Source: an uncultured delta proteobacterium (GTDB lineage: Bacteria > Myxococcota_A > Polyangia > Palsa-1104). From it: a stretch of 64,000 nt of DNA. The DNA lies in NCBI GenBank assembly GCA_963785725.1, contig CAWAWS010000033.1, forward strand, positions 256,001 through 320,000, given 5' to 3'. Both the position numbers and the translations under genes were made by a program. How positions within the stretch are numbered: the stretch's first letter is position 1; each line of letters begins with the position of its first letter. Below the pieces are notes generated by a model that ran no database searches, was not told the origin of the DNA, and saw only the letters and a list, made by a program, of their open reading frames with translations. Shown here piece after piece: positions 47,020 through 63,290 of the stretch.

Positions 47020-49563
47020 TTAGGATCTGGCGGCGCGACGCCGACGGCGATACGCCACGGCCAGCAGCGCGAGGAGGCTCCACATCCCCGCCGGCGAGCT
47101 CGCGCCGCGTTGCATCTCGCAGCTGCAGCCACCGCCGCTGTGACCAGCGCCGCCGCCACCGCCACCGCTGCCGTGACCGGCGTCGACGCCGCCGCCGGGC
47201 ACGCCCGCATCGTCGACGATGCCGCCGTCCGTCGGCGTCGCCGGGTTCGTGAAGTCGACGGCGATCGTGTGATCGGCCGTGACGTTGGTGAACGTATACG
47301 ACGTCGCCGCGCCGGTATCGAGCCCGTCGACGGTCACGTGCTGCACGACATATCCCGCATGCGGCGTGATCGTGAACGTCTGATCTTGGTTTTGCTCGAG
47401 CGTCACCGCGCCGCTCGGGTCGATGTCGCCGTTGGCATCCGCCGACGCCGTAATCGTGTAAGTGGCGACCGGATTCACCGTCAGGCCGTTTTGCTCGCGC
47501 AAGAGCTCGAACAGAATGTCCGGCCGCACGACGACATAATCGGAGTCGAGCGAATTGGCCACGTTCATGAAGCTGGTCGGCGTCACGCCTTGCCACGGCT
47601 GCGCTTGAATGACCAAGAAGCGAGGCTCCTTGCCGTCCCAGCCGGCCGCCGACGACGCGATGAACTGCTGCATCGCTTGCTCGTTCGTGCAGTAGTTGCA
47701 GGAGAGCGCCATGCTCGGCAGCTTGTTGTCGTAGATGGTCAGCCCGCCGCCGGTGTTCTGCGCGGTCAAGCCGAGCAGCGACGGCGCGTTATCGGCGTAG
47801 CTGTTGCCCACGTCGAGGTCGATGCCGCCCGTGATCGTGTTCCACACGGTGATGATGCGGAAGCCGGCGCGCTGCTCGTACGTGTCCGTCTTGGCGATGA
47901 ACTGTTGCAGCTGGCCGGCGTCGGTCCACGAGTTCGGATAGGTGTAGCCATAACCGGACGGGCCGGACAAGATGCAGTCGTTGTCGGTGGCGCTCGTCCG
48001 GTAATAGTCGAGCGCGCCCGGCATGGCGTCGACCATCGCCGGCGACATCGTCCAGCCCATCGGCACCATGCCGCGGCCGGCGTCGCTCCACAGCTTGCGC
48101 TCGAGGTGCTCGACGTACTGCAGGTTGTCGCCGTCGCTCAAGATGAAGGCGACGTACAGCTTGTTCGCCAGCGTCGGCTTCGGCGGGATCGGCTTGACGT
48201 GAATGGTGCGCGACATGCCGCTGTGCATCGTCAGGTTCGTCGAGAAGTCGCTGGCGATCGTGGCCACGCCGTACTGCGAGGCCAACGTCACGCCCGAGCC
48301 TTCGTCGGTCCACCAACCCATCCAGCGTCCGCCGGCGCCCATCGACGCCAAGAACTGCTTCAACAGCGGCGTGTCGCTCGCCTGCGTCGGATCGAGCCAC
48401 AGCGCGGCCACGCCCAGCGCCGTCGCGTACTCGCGCACGGCGGCGCGGTTCGTCGGGTTGAGCCCGATGGCGACGCGATGATCGAGGGTGGGCCAGACGT
48501 TGTCGTAGAGGTATTGATAGACGGCGAGCTTGCTCGTGAACTGCCCGCGCAGATCCTGCAAAATCGGCAGATTGTAAGGCGCCGCCGTCAGCTTGGCGAC
48601 GAGGCTCGGCGCGACCACGAGCGCCTTCTTCGGCCCGGCCAACGTCGTCGCCAGGTTGACCGTATCGGGCTGCGCGTTCTCGAACACGATGATGCCGGCG
48701 ATCTCGCTGCGATACTTCGTGATCAAGCTCCAGTTGTCGGTCACGTCGGTGTATTGCAGCCCGAGCGACTGCAGCCAGGTGTGCGGCCCTTCGGCGAAGG
48801 CGTCGCCTTCGTACGAGAAGATGCGCGGCTGCGTGGCGTTGACGATGCCCTTCAACGACGCGAACAGCACCAGCTCGTCGTCGGCCTGGCTCTTCGTGAC
48901 ACCGACCCAGTTGACCTTGATATAGGCGGCGCCGAGCCAAAAGACGCGCAGCTCGAGCTGATGATTGTCGGCGCTCAGCGTAAACGGCAGCGACAGCGTC
49001 GTATAGGTCGCGGCGACGGGAAACTGCGTGCGCGTGAAGGTCTGGCTGGCGACGACCTGGTTGGCGGTGGCGTCGTTGACCTCGAGCCGGACGACGGGAT
49101 TATTGTCGGCCGTGTTGTTGTCGATGATCATGCTGAACTGCGCCGTGTTCGCGCCCGCCGGCACCGTCGTGTCGTACGGTCCGTAGATCATGTAGGCGTT
49201 GGCCGTGTCGACGTTGACCTGGCACAGCCAACCGTCGTTATCGAGGTGGCCGGTGTTGTGCGAAAGCTGTGTACCGATGGCGCTCCATTGTTGCGGCGCC
49301 TCTTGCAGCTCGATCAAATCCTGCACCGGCGCCGGCGTCGGAAAGGACGGCAGCAGCTGATCCGCGGGCCAATTGATCGTCGCCGGCAGCGCCGCGGGGT
49401 GCAGCGACGTCGCCGCCGACAGCTGCTGCGTCGGCGCCGGCGAGCAAGCGGCGCAGCTCGCGATGAGCGCGAGGCCGAGCCAGCGGCGACGCGCGTGATA
49501 CGTCGCCGCCACAGCGTTCGGCCGATTGATCCATCGCGCAGCTTCGATTTTCAGGGGTGTCAC
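47020..49563 (-). CDS. GxGYxYP-family putative glycoside hydrolase with MYXO-CTERM anchor
   Basis: SDGDNLQY, PMGWT, SGYGYTYP; Ig-like repeat; C-terminal GGGCSC...LLALLAVAYRRRRR. Confidence 0.85.
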   Translation of the reverse strand: MTPLKIEAARWINRPNAVAATYHARRRWLGLALIASCAACSPAPTQQLSAATSLHPAALPATINWPADQLLPSFPTPAPVQDLIELQEAPQQWSAIGTQLSHNTGHLDNDGWLCQVNVDTANAYMIYGPYDTTVPAGANTAQFSMIIDNNTADNNPVVRLEVNDATANQVVASQTFTRTQFPVAATYTTLSLPFTLSADNHQLELRVFWLGAAYIKVNWVGVTKSQADDELVLFASLKGIVNATQPRIFSYEGDAFAEGPHTWLQSLGLQYTDVTDNWSLITKYRSEIAGIIVFENAQPDTVNLATTLAGPKKALVVAPSLVAKLTAAPYNLPILQDLRGQFTSKLAVYQYLYDNVWPTLDHRVAIGLNPTNRAAVREYATALGVAALWLDPTQASDTPLLKQFLASMGAGGRWMGWWTDEGSGVTLASQYGVATIASDFSTNLTMHSGMSRTIHVKPIPPKPTLANKLYVAFILSDGDNLQYVEHLERKLWSDAGRGMVPMGWTMSPAMVDAMPGALDYYRTSATDNDCILSGPSGYGYTYPNSWTDAGQLQQFIAKTDTYEQRAGFRIITVWNTITGGIDLDVGNSYADNAPSLLGLTAQNTGGGLTIYDNKLPSMALSCNYCTNEQAMQQFIASSAAGWDGKEPRFLVIQAQPWQGVTPTSFMNVANSLDSDYVVVRPDILFELLREQNGLTVNPVATYTITASADANGDIDPSGAVTLEQNQDQTFTITPHAGYVVQHVTVDGLDTGAATSYTFTNVTADHTIAVDFTNPATPTDGGIVDDAGVPGGGVDAGHGSGGGGGGAGHSGGGCSCEMQRGASSPAGMWSLLALLAVAYRRRRRAARS

Positions 49564-49692
49564 GCCTCACGATGTTAGCAAGCGTGCCGTCGCAGCGTGT
49601 GTCTCACCTTTGATACGGCACGCGCCGCGTCACAGCGCAGTCGAATGCGCGGATCATTCCCTGCGTTACGCGCCGCTGATGCTCGCGAAAGC

Positions 49693-50658
49693 CTAGGACG
49701 CGGCGATCTTGGGGTCGGCGCGGGTCAGAAAGTCGAGCAGGAGCGGCGCCACCCGCTCCGGGCTGTCGACGTGAGCGAAGTGCGACGTGTGCTCCAGCCA
49801 CGTGAGCTTAGCGTCGGGAATGAGCGCAGCCAGCCGCTCGCCCGTCGCCGGTGGCACCAGCGGATCCTGCCGCGAGTACAAGAGCAGCAGCGGCACGGGA
49901 AACGGCTGCGCGCGCCGGCGGCGCTCGGCCAACGTCGCCGTGAAGTCGGCGAACCCCTGCGGCGCCATGGTGTCGCGCAGGTAGCCGACGAAGGCGGTCG
50001 CGCCCGCCTCGGAGTCGAGCGCCGCCGCGTACTCGCGCGCTTCCTGCCGCGACTTCAGGGTCTCGTCATAGTAGTGCACGTTGCGGTGCACCCAGGTCTC
50101 CGGCGACCGGCGCACCCACCAGCGCAGCAGCGCCGGCGCGCCCGGGATCGACAAGACGCCGTGTAGCGCGTGCAGCCGCGCGATCGGAAATCCGGGCGAG
50201 TGAATGTTCACCAGCCGCGAGAACGCCGCCGGCGCCGTGAGCGCATGGCGCATGCACAAGAAGCCGCCGAGCGAATTGCCGACGGCGAGGCAGCCGGACA
50301 GCCCAAGCGCCGCTTGAAACTCGCCGATCCACGCCGCCAGCGCCGTCGCGTCGAGGCGCGCAGCCGGCTTGTTGCTGCGACCCGCGCCGGGCAGATCGGG
50401 CGCGATGAGGCGGAAGCGCGCGCCCAACGGCTCGAGCAGGTAGCGCCAGGAGTAGCTCGACGTCATGAGCCCGTGGATGAGCAGGAGCGGCTCGCTGCCG
50501 CGACCGTACTCCCGATACTGAATCCGCAGCCGCCCGAAGTGCGCCGACGTCATGTCGAGCTCGCGCGCCGCCGAGTCGAAGTACGGATGCGGCCGCCGCG
50601 GCTCCTCGGACAGCGCGCCGAATGGCAGACGGCGAAACGGGCGTGGAGCGGCGTTCAT
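49693..50658 (-). CDS. Alpha/beta-fold hydrolase
   Basis: LLIHGL, APDLPGAGRS, GNSLGG, QDPLVP, SHFAHVD. Confidence 0.9.
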   Translation of the reverse strand: MNAAPRPFRRLPFGALSEEPRRPHPYFDSAARELDMTSAHFGRLRIQYREYGRGSEPLLLIHGLMTSSYSWRYLLEPLGARFRLIAPDLPGAGRSNKPAARLDATALAAWIGEFQAALGLSGCLAVGNSLGGFLCMRHALTAPAAFSRLVNIHSPGFPIARLHALHGVLSIPGAPALLRWWVRRSPETWVHRNVHYYDETLKSRQEAREYAAALDSEAGATAFVGYLRDTMAPQGFADFTATLAERRRRAQPFPVPLLLLYSRQDPLVPPATGERLAALIPDAKLTWLEHTSHFAHVDSPERVAPLLLDFLTRADPKIAAS

Positions 50659-50794
50659 GGTCGCATCCTAGCACCGCCGCAACACGTCGAAGGCTCGCCG
50701 CTGCCTCGTCGATTTCCGCTACGGAGGTGCTCGTAGCTCGCGGTCGCGGTATGCTGGACGGCGGCTGGCGCGCTCCAGCCGAGCGGGGGGTGGG

Positions 50795-51172
50795 ATGGGC
50801 CAGCCGAGCATACTCTTGGTGGATGACGACGCAGCGTGCCGTATCACCCTCTTGCACAACCTCACGCTGCGAAAAATAAGAGTCGCCTGCGCCACGAATG
50901 GGGAGGAGGCGCTGCGCGAGCTGCAGCAGACGCCCACAGAATTCACGGCGATTGTGCTCGACCTCCGCATGCCGGTCATGGACGGCGCCGAGTTTCTGCG
51001 TCGCTATGAAGGAGGCCGGCCGGTGATCTTGACCAGCGGCCACGGCACGGAGTGCGACCTGCCACGGGCCGTGCACATGATCATCCCGAAGCCGATCGAC
51101 GTGCCGCTGCTGGTGAGCGCGATTCTCGATATCGCGATCGTCAATCCGTGGGGGCTGCCGAAGCGACACTGA
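50795..51172 (+). CDS. Single-domain response regulator (receiver)
   Basis: ILLVDDD, VLDLRMPVMDG, ILTSG, PKP. Confidence 0.85.
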   Translation: MGQPSILLVDDDAACRITLLHNLTLRKIRVACATNGEEALRELQQTPTEFTAIVLDLRMPVMDGAEFLRRYEGGRPVILTSGHGTECDLPRAVHMIIPKPIDVPLLVSAILDIAIVNPWGLPKRH

Positions 51173-51243
51173 ACGGCGGCGCGGGCGCCCGGACGGATAG
51201 CTGAATTCGGCGGCGCAACCTCAGCCGCCTCTGTCCTTCTTCG

Positions 51244-51300
51244 CGCCGGCAGGCGGGCCTCGATGAGCTTGATCTGCCCGTTGTGGTTCGCCTCGTGCTC
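51244..51300 (-). pseudogene. Tiny relic resembling a DinB-family C-terminus
   Basis: EHEANHNGQIKLIEARLPA, with no intact upstream ORF. Confidence 0.4.
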
Positions 51301-51367
51301 GCGGACGCGGGCTCCTCGCGCCGTCCTTGTCTCTGCTCGCGATGGATCACAAGCCGAGAGACACTGT

Positions 51368-52152
<785 letters not shown>

Positions 52153-52156
<4 letters not shown>

Positions 52157-52788
52157 GCGCGGAAGAAGACCACGCCGAGGTTGTTCGACGGCAGCGCAAA
52201 GACGGTGGGCGCGCCGAAGCCGTGCGCGGCAGCGACGGCGGCGACCGCCTCGAGGTCGCGCACGCCCCAGGCCGGATTCTGCGCGCGCAGCGCGTGATCG
52301 AAGGCCTCGTTGCTGGGTGCGGTGTGGCCGCCGTCGCGGCGGAAGGGACCATAGAGCACGAGCGGCGCGCCCGCGGGCAGGATGGCGGCCGCGCCGCGGA
52401 CGAGGCCGACGCAGGCGGCCCAAGGCGCGATGTGGATCATGTTGACGCACACGACGGCGTCGGCGCGCTCGATCATCGCCGGCGGCCAGGGCGAGGCGGT
52501 GGCGTCGAGCGCCAGCGGGGCGCGCACGTTGGCGACGGCGGCGTGGGCGATCCAGGCGGCGATGCTGGCGCGCTCGACGGTGCCACAGTCGCTCGGCTGC
52601 CAGATCAGCTGCGGGAACGCGGCCGCGAAGTAGACGGCGTGCTCGCCGGTGCCGCTGGCGACTTCGAGCACGATGCCCGACGACGGCAGCACCTGCCGCA
52701 GCACGCCCAAGATGGGCTCACGATTTCGCTGCGTGGCCGGGGCGAAGCGGCGCGCGTCGTCGTCATCGCGTGGAGGCGGGGCGCTCAT
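52153..52788 (-). CDS. DUF938-family SAM-dependent methyltransferase-like protein
   Basis: APATQRNREPI, LEVASGTGEH, WQPSD, NMIHI, LYGPF, SNEAFD..LR...P.WGVRD. Confidence 0.9.
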
Positions 52789-53060
52789 CGCCGGCACGAT
52801 AGCGCGAAGTCGACGACCGCGCGCGCGATCATCGCGCCAAACGTGTGGCCGCCGGCGCAGATCGAGGCGCGCAGCGACTTCAAGATCGACAGTCGCCGCT
52901 TGGCGCCAGGAGGTCCGGCCTCGTCCCATCGGGTCGAGCGGACACACGGCTGGCCGGCGAGCGACCCATGGCGGCACAGCGTCGACGACTGCGGGCGCGG
53001 GCACAACCGATGCACTGACGAGATCGCGGCGGCTGCTGCCGCAGACAATGGAGATCTGCC

Positions 53061-53702
53061 ATGAACGCGCTGACGCTTCATCCCGACTTGCTGTTTCGCG
53101 ACGATCGCTTCGCCCCGCAATCGCAGCCGGCGCTCGCCGTGCGCGTCAGTGACGGCCGCAAGCTCGTCGTCAGCATCGTCGTCGTGCTCGCCGCAGTGAC
53201 GGCCTTGACGATCTTCTCAGGCTCGCACCCGACCTTCACGACCACCGACGCCGAATACGCGCTGGCCACCGGTCCCGTGAGCGAACAATGGGTCGAGCGC
53301 ACGAGCGCGCTGCTCGCGGACAATCCGCAGCTCGCCGATCGCCTGGCGCGTCTCATCCAGAGCAGCACCATCGACGGATTGCAGCGCGGCATGGCGCTCG
53401 ACGCGCTGGCGCGGACCGGTCACGAAGTCGAGCAGAGCGCGATGATCGCGGCGCTCTCTTCGCCGGCGCTGCAGAACGACCCGGCGTATCCGTCGCTGCT
53501 GGCGCGCCTCGGCCAGATCGAGACGCCTACGCCGGCGACGCTCGCCTTCGTGAACGCGACCGCGACGCAGGCGCGGCGCGACGGCGCCGACTCGCTCGCC
53601 TTCGCCGCCGAAGAGACGCAGTCGGCTTACGCGCAGCGCGCGGCCCAGCAGTCGACGCGTCACGGCCGCCACTGGTTTCAGCTGCGCGCCCGCGGCCGCT
53701 GA
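53061..53702 (+). CDS. Hypothetical membrane-anchored helical protein
   Basis: GGAG RBS, single TM segment, helical HEAT-like composition. Confidence 0.6.
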   Translation: MNALTLHPDLLFRDDRFAPQSQPALAVRVSDGRKLVVSIVVVLAAVTALTIFSGSHPTFTTTDAEYALATGPVSEQWVERTSALLADNPQLADRLARLIQSSTIDGLQRGMALDALARTGHEVEQSAMIAALSSPALQNDPAYPSLLARLGQIETPTPATLAFVNATATQARRDGADSLAFAAEETQSAYAQRAAQQSTRHGRHWFQLRARGR

Positions 53703-53902
53703 GATGCGCTTCGTCCGCGCCGACGGCCCCGTTCGCGACTCCGCCTGCGTGCCCATCGGCCGGACGCCCGCCTGCCTCTAAGCCGCTCTCTGCGTAACCG
53801 CTTCCTTCCTCTTCCATCTCCCAAGCTCGTCCCATTCAGGCGCCGGCGCAGTCGATTGGTCGGGTCCTTTCGACTCACCGAGTCCAACCCGGGCAGGCGC
53901 AG

Positions 53903-54502
53903 GTGCGCCGAAGGCCGCGCGATCCGCGGGCGATTGGGCAAGCCGTGCTCGGCCTGCGCCCTGCAACAGACGCGAGCAGGAGGAGACGGATGTGGCCTCA
54001 TGAAACCGACGACGACGATTTGTCGGAGCTGGCCTTGGTCTGGCCGCGGTCACCCATCGCCGGCGACCCATCGACGAGTGACTCGCGCATCGCGACGACG
54101 AGCGGCGGCGCCGGCCACGCACATCCCGAGCGACTGCACGTCCTCGTCGTCGACGATGATCTCGACGTGCGCGAGACCATCGCCGACGCCTTGCAATTGC
54201 GCGACATCGACGCCAGCGTCGCCGCCGACGGAGCCGAGGCGCTGCGCCGGCTGCGCACCGAGCCTCTGCCCGACGTCGTGCTGCTCGACCTGCGCATGCC
54301 GGTGATGGATGGCGAGGCGTTCCTCGTCGCGCAGCGTCTCGTCCCGGCGATCGCCGCCATTCCGGTGGTGCTGCACACCTCCGAGCGCGACGAGCAGACG
54401 CTGGCGCGGCTGGGGCTCGCGTACCTGCTCCGCAAGCCGTGCACGATCGAGACGCTGCTCAGCACCGTGCGCACGGCGGCGGCGCGCTCGCGCGACCACT
54501 GA
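53903..54502 (+). CDS. Response regulator receiver protein (true start probably downstream)
   Basis: VLVVDDD, PDVVLLDLRMPVMDG, IPVVLHT, LRKP. Confidence 0.82.
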   Translation: MRRRPRDPRAIGQAVLGLRPATDASRRRRMWPHETDDDDLSELALVWPRSPIAGDPSTSDSRIATTSGGAGHAHPERLHVLVVDDDLDVRETIADALQLRDIDASVAADGAEALRRLRTEPLPDVVLLDLRMPVMDGEAFLVAQRLVPAIAAIPVVLHTSERDEQTLARLGLAYLLRKPCTIETLLSTVRTAAARSRDH

Positions 54503-54557
54503 CCATTTGCGGACGACTCGACCCGTTGGCCGCCACCGCTCACTCGAAGGGAATGAC

Positions 54558-54968
54558 ATGAAGGATGACCACGCCGGCGCGACCGGCTCCGACTCTTGGC
54601 TGCTCATCGCCGACGACGATGCCGAGATGCGCTGGCTCGTGCGCGCGGCCGTCGGCGGCACGTTTACCCGCGTCGTCGAGACGGCAGACGGGCGCGAGCT
54701 GTTTTGGGAGCTGCTGCGTCACAGCGTCAGCCCGCCGCCGGACCAGAAGCTCGTGGTCGTCGCCGACGTGCGCATGCCGGTCTACGACGGGCTCGTCGTG
54801 CTCGAAGCCGCCCGCGAGGAGCTCGGCCTGCGCGTGCCCCTCATCGTCATCACCAGCTTTCCCGACGCGCAGCTGTGCGAACGCGTGGCGCGCGTCGGCG
54901 GTCGTCTGTTGTCGAAGCCGTTCTCGATGCGCCGGCTACGCCACTTGGTGAAGGAGGTGCTGCATTAG
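54558..54968 (+). CDS. Single-domain response regulator
   Basis: LLIADDD, VADVRMP..DGL, IVITSF, SKPF. Confidence 0.85.
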   Translation: MKDDHAGATGSDSWLLIADDDAEMRWLVRAAVGGTFTRVVETADGRELFWELLRHSVSPPPDQKLVVVADVRMPVYDGLVVLEAAREELGLRVPLIVITSFPDAQLCERVARVGGRLLSKPFSMRRLRHLVKEVLH

Positions 54969-54982
54969 ATCGGCGCGGCGCC

Positions 54983-56410
<1,428 letters not shown>

Positions 56411-56493
56411 GATCGCCGCAATAGCGTAGACGAGCTGACGGGCGTTCGCCAGCGCGGCTCAGGTCGAAACCGCATCGCGGAGCAAGCGTCGGC

Positions 56494-56934
56494 TCAGTCG
56501 GAGATGCCGCAGCCGCGCCACGTCGTCGCGTCGGGAATCGCCAGCACGGCGACTTGGCGCAAGAGCGCGCCCACGTCGAACGGCTTATCGAACAGCGCGG
56601 CCGCGCCGCTGCGATAGGCGCGCGCGTGCGTCTCGGTGTCGCCGAACGCGGTGATGATGATGATCGGCACGTGCCAATCGAAGCGATTGCGCAGCAACTC
56701 GAGCGCCTGCAGCCCGGTCACACCCGGCATACGAACGTCGGAGATGACGAGGTCCGGCGCGTCGACGCTGCTGAGCGTGCGATCGATCTCGGCGAGCAGC
56801 TCGCGCCCGTCGCTGAACGCGCGAACCTCGTAGCCGCGCTGGCGCAGCCGATCGCACAAGAGCGCGCGCATCGCCGGGTCGTCCTCGGCCACGAAGACAT
56901 GAATCTTCCGCTCCGACTCCGCTGCTCCCGACAT
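56494..56934 (-). CDS. Single-domain response regulator
   Basis: VFVAEDD, PDLVISDVRMPG, IIITAFG, DKPF; GAGGAGG RBS. Confidence 0.88.
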   Translation of the reverse strand: MSGAAESERKIHVFVAEDDPAMRALLCDRLRQRGYEVRAFSDGRELLAEIDRTLSSVDAPDLVISDVRMPGVTGLQALELLRNRFDWHVPIIIITAFGDTETHARAYRSGAAALFDKPFDVGALLRQVAVLAIPDATTWRGCGISD

Positions 56935-57047
56935 GGCCGCCTCCTCGAGCGTGTAAGAACGTAGACGTTCGGCGTGCGGGCTTGGTCCGGCGCCCGCGAC
57001 CTCCCGCGGCGTTCGCACCAAAGTCAAAGCATGCGGCGTGCCGAGCG

Positions 57048-58511
57048 CTATTCGGCGGTACGCGTCGCGTCGCCGCCGACGGGCAGGAAGATCGAGAAGC
57101 AGGTGCCTTCGCCGGGCAGGCTGTCGACGGTGATCCAGCCGCCGTGCTCGCGGACGAGGCCATGCGACACCGAGAGGCCGAGGCCGGTCCCTTCGCCGAT
57201 GTCCTTCGTCGTGAAGAACGGCTCGAAGATGTGCGCGACGACGTCCGCCGGCATGCCCGGACCTTCGTCCTCGACGGAGAGGCACACATAATCGGCGAGC
57301 GGCGCCCGCGCGTCGTGCGGTGGCCGTAAGGCGCAGCGCGAGACGCCGACGACGATCGTGCCCGGCTTCTTCATGGCCTGGATCGCGTTGACGACGAGGT
57401 TGGTGAGCACCTGCTGAATCTGCCCGGCGTCGAGGCTGGCGACGGTCGCGCCCGCGCAGACCGTGCGAATGACGATCTGATACTTTTGCGCCATCGGCAC
57501 GAGCACCGGCACCGCGCGCTCGACCAGCTCGCCGAGGTCGGTGGCGACCTTCTGCGGCCGCCGCTGTCGCGAGAAGTCGAGCAGCTGACGAATGAGCGCC
57601 GTCATCCGCTGCGTCTGCTCCATGATCACGCCGGCCGAGCTGCGCCGCGCGTGCGCGTCCACGTCATCCTCGGCGAGCAGCCCGGCGTGACCGCCGATGA
57701 CGTTGAGCGGCGTGCCCAGCTCATGCGCCATGCCCGCGGCCAACTTGCCCACCGTCATCAGCCGATCGGCGTGGCGCAGCTGCTCGATCGTGTCGAGCTT
57801 CGAGCGCGCCTCGGCGGCGACCGCCGCCTGCGTCGCCGCCAGCCGCGCGCTCATGCTGTTGATCTCGGCGGCCAAGTCGCGGAATTCGTCGTCGGCGTCG
57901 AGCTCGACGGGCGGCGGCGCCAGCTCACCGCCGCCGATGCGCTTGGCCTGGTCGACGAGCTTGCGGACCGGTCGACCGACGATCCACTCGCCGAGCACGA
58001 AGGCCAAGAGCGCGCCCAGCGCCGCGACGGCCAAGGTCGTTCCCAGCGCCGCCCACACCATCTCGCGCAGGTGCTGGTGTTGCGGCGCCAGCGGCTCGGA
58101 GACTTCGATCGCGCCATGATCGACGGAGCCGAGCGGCACGTAGACGAGCGTGCGATCGGCCTCCACGGTCGCGCTCTGCTGTCCATCGAGCAGCGCCGCC
58201 AAGGGCTCGGAGCGCAGCTCCGGCGGGGGTGGCGTCAGCGAGATCCAGCGCACCGACGTCGGCGCCGAGTAACGCGCGACCGCCTCGACGTGCTCGATGG
58301 CCCGCTCTTGCCCGTGCGAGGTGCGCGCGCTGACCGCTCGCCAGACGCGCTCGGTGCCGGCGGCGATGGTGCGGCCGAGCAGAATGTCGTCGTGCACGCT
58401 GTCGTCGAGCATGAGCTCGCGGTCACGGCGCACGCTGAGCAGCGTCTCGACCGCGAAGATCGCCAGCACGCCCGCCATCAACAGCAGCGTGATCTTGGTG
58501 GTGACTTTCAT
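57048..58511 (-). CDS. HAMP-domain sensor histidine kinase (NtrB-like)
   Basis: Two TMs, HAMP, AHELGTPLN, NLVVNAIQA, DEGPGM, FEPFFTTK, GTGLGL. Confidence 0.93.
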   Translation of the reverse strand: MKVTTKITLLLMAGVLAIFAVETLLSVRRDRELMLDDSVHDDILLGRTIAAGTERVWRAVSARTSHGQERAIEHVEAVARYSAPTSVRWISLTPPPPELRSEPLAALLDGQQSATVEADRTLVYVPLGSVDHGAIEVSEPLAPQHQHLREMVWAALGTTLAVAALGALLAFVLGEWIVGRPVRKLVDQAKRIGGGELAPPPVELDADDEFRDLAAEINSMSARLAATQAAVAAEARSKLDTIEQLRHADRLMTVGKLAAGMAHELGTPLNVIGGHAGLLAEDDVDAHARRSSAGVIMEQTQRMTALIRQLLDFSRQRRPQKVATDLGELVERAVPVLVPMAQKYQIVIRTVCAGATVASLDAGQIQQVLTNLVVNAIQAMKKPGTIVVGVSRCALRPPHDARAPLADYVCLSVEDEGPGMPADVVAHIFEPFFTTKDIGEGTGLGLSVSHGLVREHGGWITVDSLPGEGTCFSIFLPVGGDATRTAE

Positions 58512-59926
58512 GCGGCGCTCTTCTCCAGCTCGAACCAGAACGTGCAGCCGTGGCCGGGCGAAGACCGCACACCGACGCGACCGCCGTGCGCCTCGACGAG
58601 CCGCCGCACGGTGGCCAGGCCGAGGCCAATCCCGGCGCGGCCCGCCGCGTTGTCACCGCGAACGTAGGGCGCAAACGCGTGATCGACGAATCCGGCCGGC
58701 AAGCCGGGGCCCGTGTCCTCGACCTCGACGCGAACACGGGCGCCCGAGCGCTCGCGAATCCTGATGGTGACGATGCGCGTCGTGGCCTCGCCCATGTATT
58801 TGACGGCGTTGCGCACGAGGTTGCCGACGCAGCTCATGAAGACGCCGGCACTGCAGGCGACGGCGAGCGGCGCTGGCGCGTCGACGCGCAGCTCGACGCG
58901 CTCGGCGCTCGCCTGCAGGCGGAGCTCGTCGACGAGCCCGGCCAAGACGGGCGCGACCTCGCTGCGCGCACCCAACGTCGGCCGCGCGCCGGCGCGCGCG
59001 AACTCGAGGAGCGCGTCGACCAGCTGCTGGACGTTGCCCAACGAGCGCGTGATCTGCGCGCGGTAGCGATCGACGGTCTGCTTCGGCGCGTGCGGTCGCG
59101 CGATGACGTCGACCTGCAGGTGCAGCGCGCCGAGCGGGCTCAAGATGTCGTGCGCGACGCGTCCGGCGAACGACTCCAGCTCCTCGGAACGGTCGCTTTG
59201 GATGCGCTCGAAGTGCCGAATCGTCGACAGCAGCAGCGACGCCAGCACGAACGTCAGCCCGATGCTGAACAGATCGAGACCGACGGCGAGCCCGATCGAC
59301 AGCCGGCTGAGCGACTTGATGCGGGCGCCGACGCGCTCGCCGCTGCGCGTATTGAGCTCGCGAATGTGCAGGAGCCCGGTGTCCAAGCGGTCGATGATCG
59401 GCCTGATGTCGCGCGTCAAGATCGTTTGCCAGCGCTCGCCGTCGCCGGCGCCGGCGATCGGCGCCAGCAGTGGACCGATCGATTGGTCGAGCGCGAAGAG
59501 CTCGCGCGCCACCGGTCCCCACAGCTCGCGCTCACCGGTGAACGTCGGCAGCGCGCGATAGATGCGCCACTCGTCGTGAATGTCTTTTTGGATGCTCGCG
59601 ATGCTGCCGCGCAGCTCGGCGAGCGAGCTCGGCATCGGCTGGTGGGCGAGCTGCGCGGCGGCGACGCCGTCGACGTAATCGTCGAGCACGACCTCGAGCT
59701 GCCGGATGGAGCCGCGCATGTGCGACACGTGATCGACGCTGGGCGAAGCGTTGAGGACGATCTCGTCGGCGGCGGTGCCGATCTGCAGGTCGCTGTATTC
59801 GGAGATGGTGGTGGCGAGGACGAAGCTGGCGACGACGCCGGCGAAGACCAAGAACAAGGTCCGGCTCGATGTCGGACGGCGGTAGGCGATAGAGCTGCCT
59901 TCGTCGCGATGGCCGCAAAGTCCCAT
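58508..59926 (-). CDS. Membrane sensor histidine kinase (four-helix periplasmic domain)
   Basis: Two TMs, VAHDILSPL, NLVRNAVKY, DTGPG, GIGLGLA. Start uncertain. Confidence 0.92.
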   Translation of the reverse strand: MGLCGHRDEGSSIAYRRPTSSRTLFLVFAGVVASFVLATTISEYSDLQIGTAADEIVLNASPSVDHVSHMRGSIRQLEVVLDDYVDGVAAAQLAHQPMPSSLAELRGSIASIQKDIHDEWRIYRALPTFTGERELWGPVARELFALDQSIGPLLAPIAGAGDGERWQTILTRDIRPIIDRLDTGLLHIRELNTRSGERVGARIKSLSRLSIGLAVGLDLFSIGLTFVLASLLLSTIRHFERIQSDRSEELESFAGRVAHDILSPLGALHLQVDVIARPHAPKQTVDRYRAQITRSLGNVQQLVDALLEFARAGARPTLGARSEVAPVLAGLVDELRLQASAERVELRVDAPAPLAVACSAGVFMSCVGNLVRNAVKYMGEATTRIVTIRIRERSGARVRVEVEDTGPGLPAGFVDHAFAPYVRGDNAAGRAGIGLGLATVRRLVEAHGGRVGVRSSPGHGCTFWFELEKSAA

Positions 59927-60132
59927 TAATCTGGAGCTCTTGCACCCTTCATTCCATCCATCCGACGCTACCGGACGAGCGCGTCAGCGACGGCAAACTC
60001 ACGACCAGCGGCGATGGCGCGTCGCGTTCGAGCGAGTCAAAGCGACACAGTGAGGCAGGACGACCGGTCAGGTCGAACGTCGTCGGGTGGGCACGAGCGG
60101 GCTCAGGTGCGCGCCTCGGTCGCGAAGACGGG

Positions 60133-61699
<1,567 letters not shown>

Positions 61700-61763
61700 C
61701 GATCCCTCCCATCCCCAACCGCAGTGGACTTACGAGTGGTGCGTCGGTCGATCGAGCGCGCGA

Positions 61764-63290
<1,527 letters not shown>

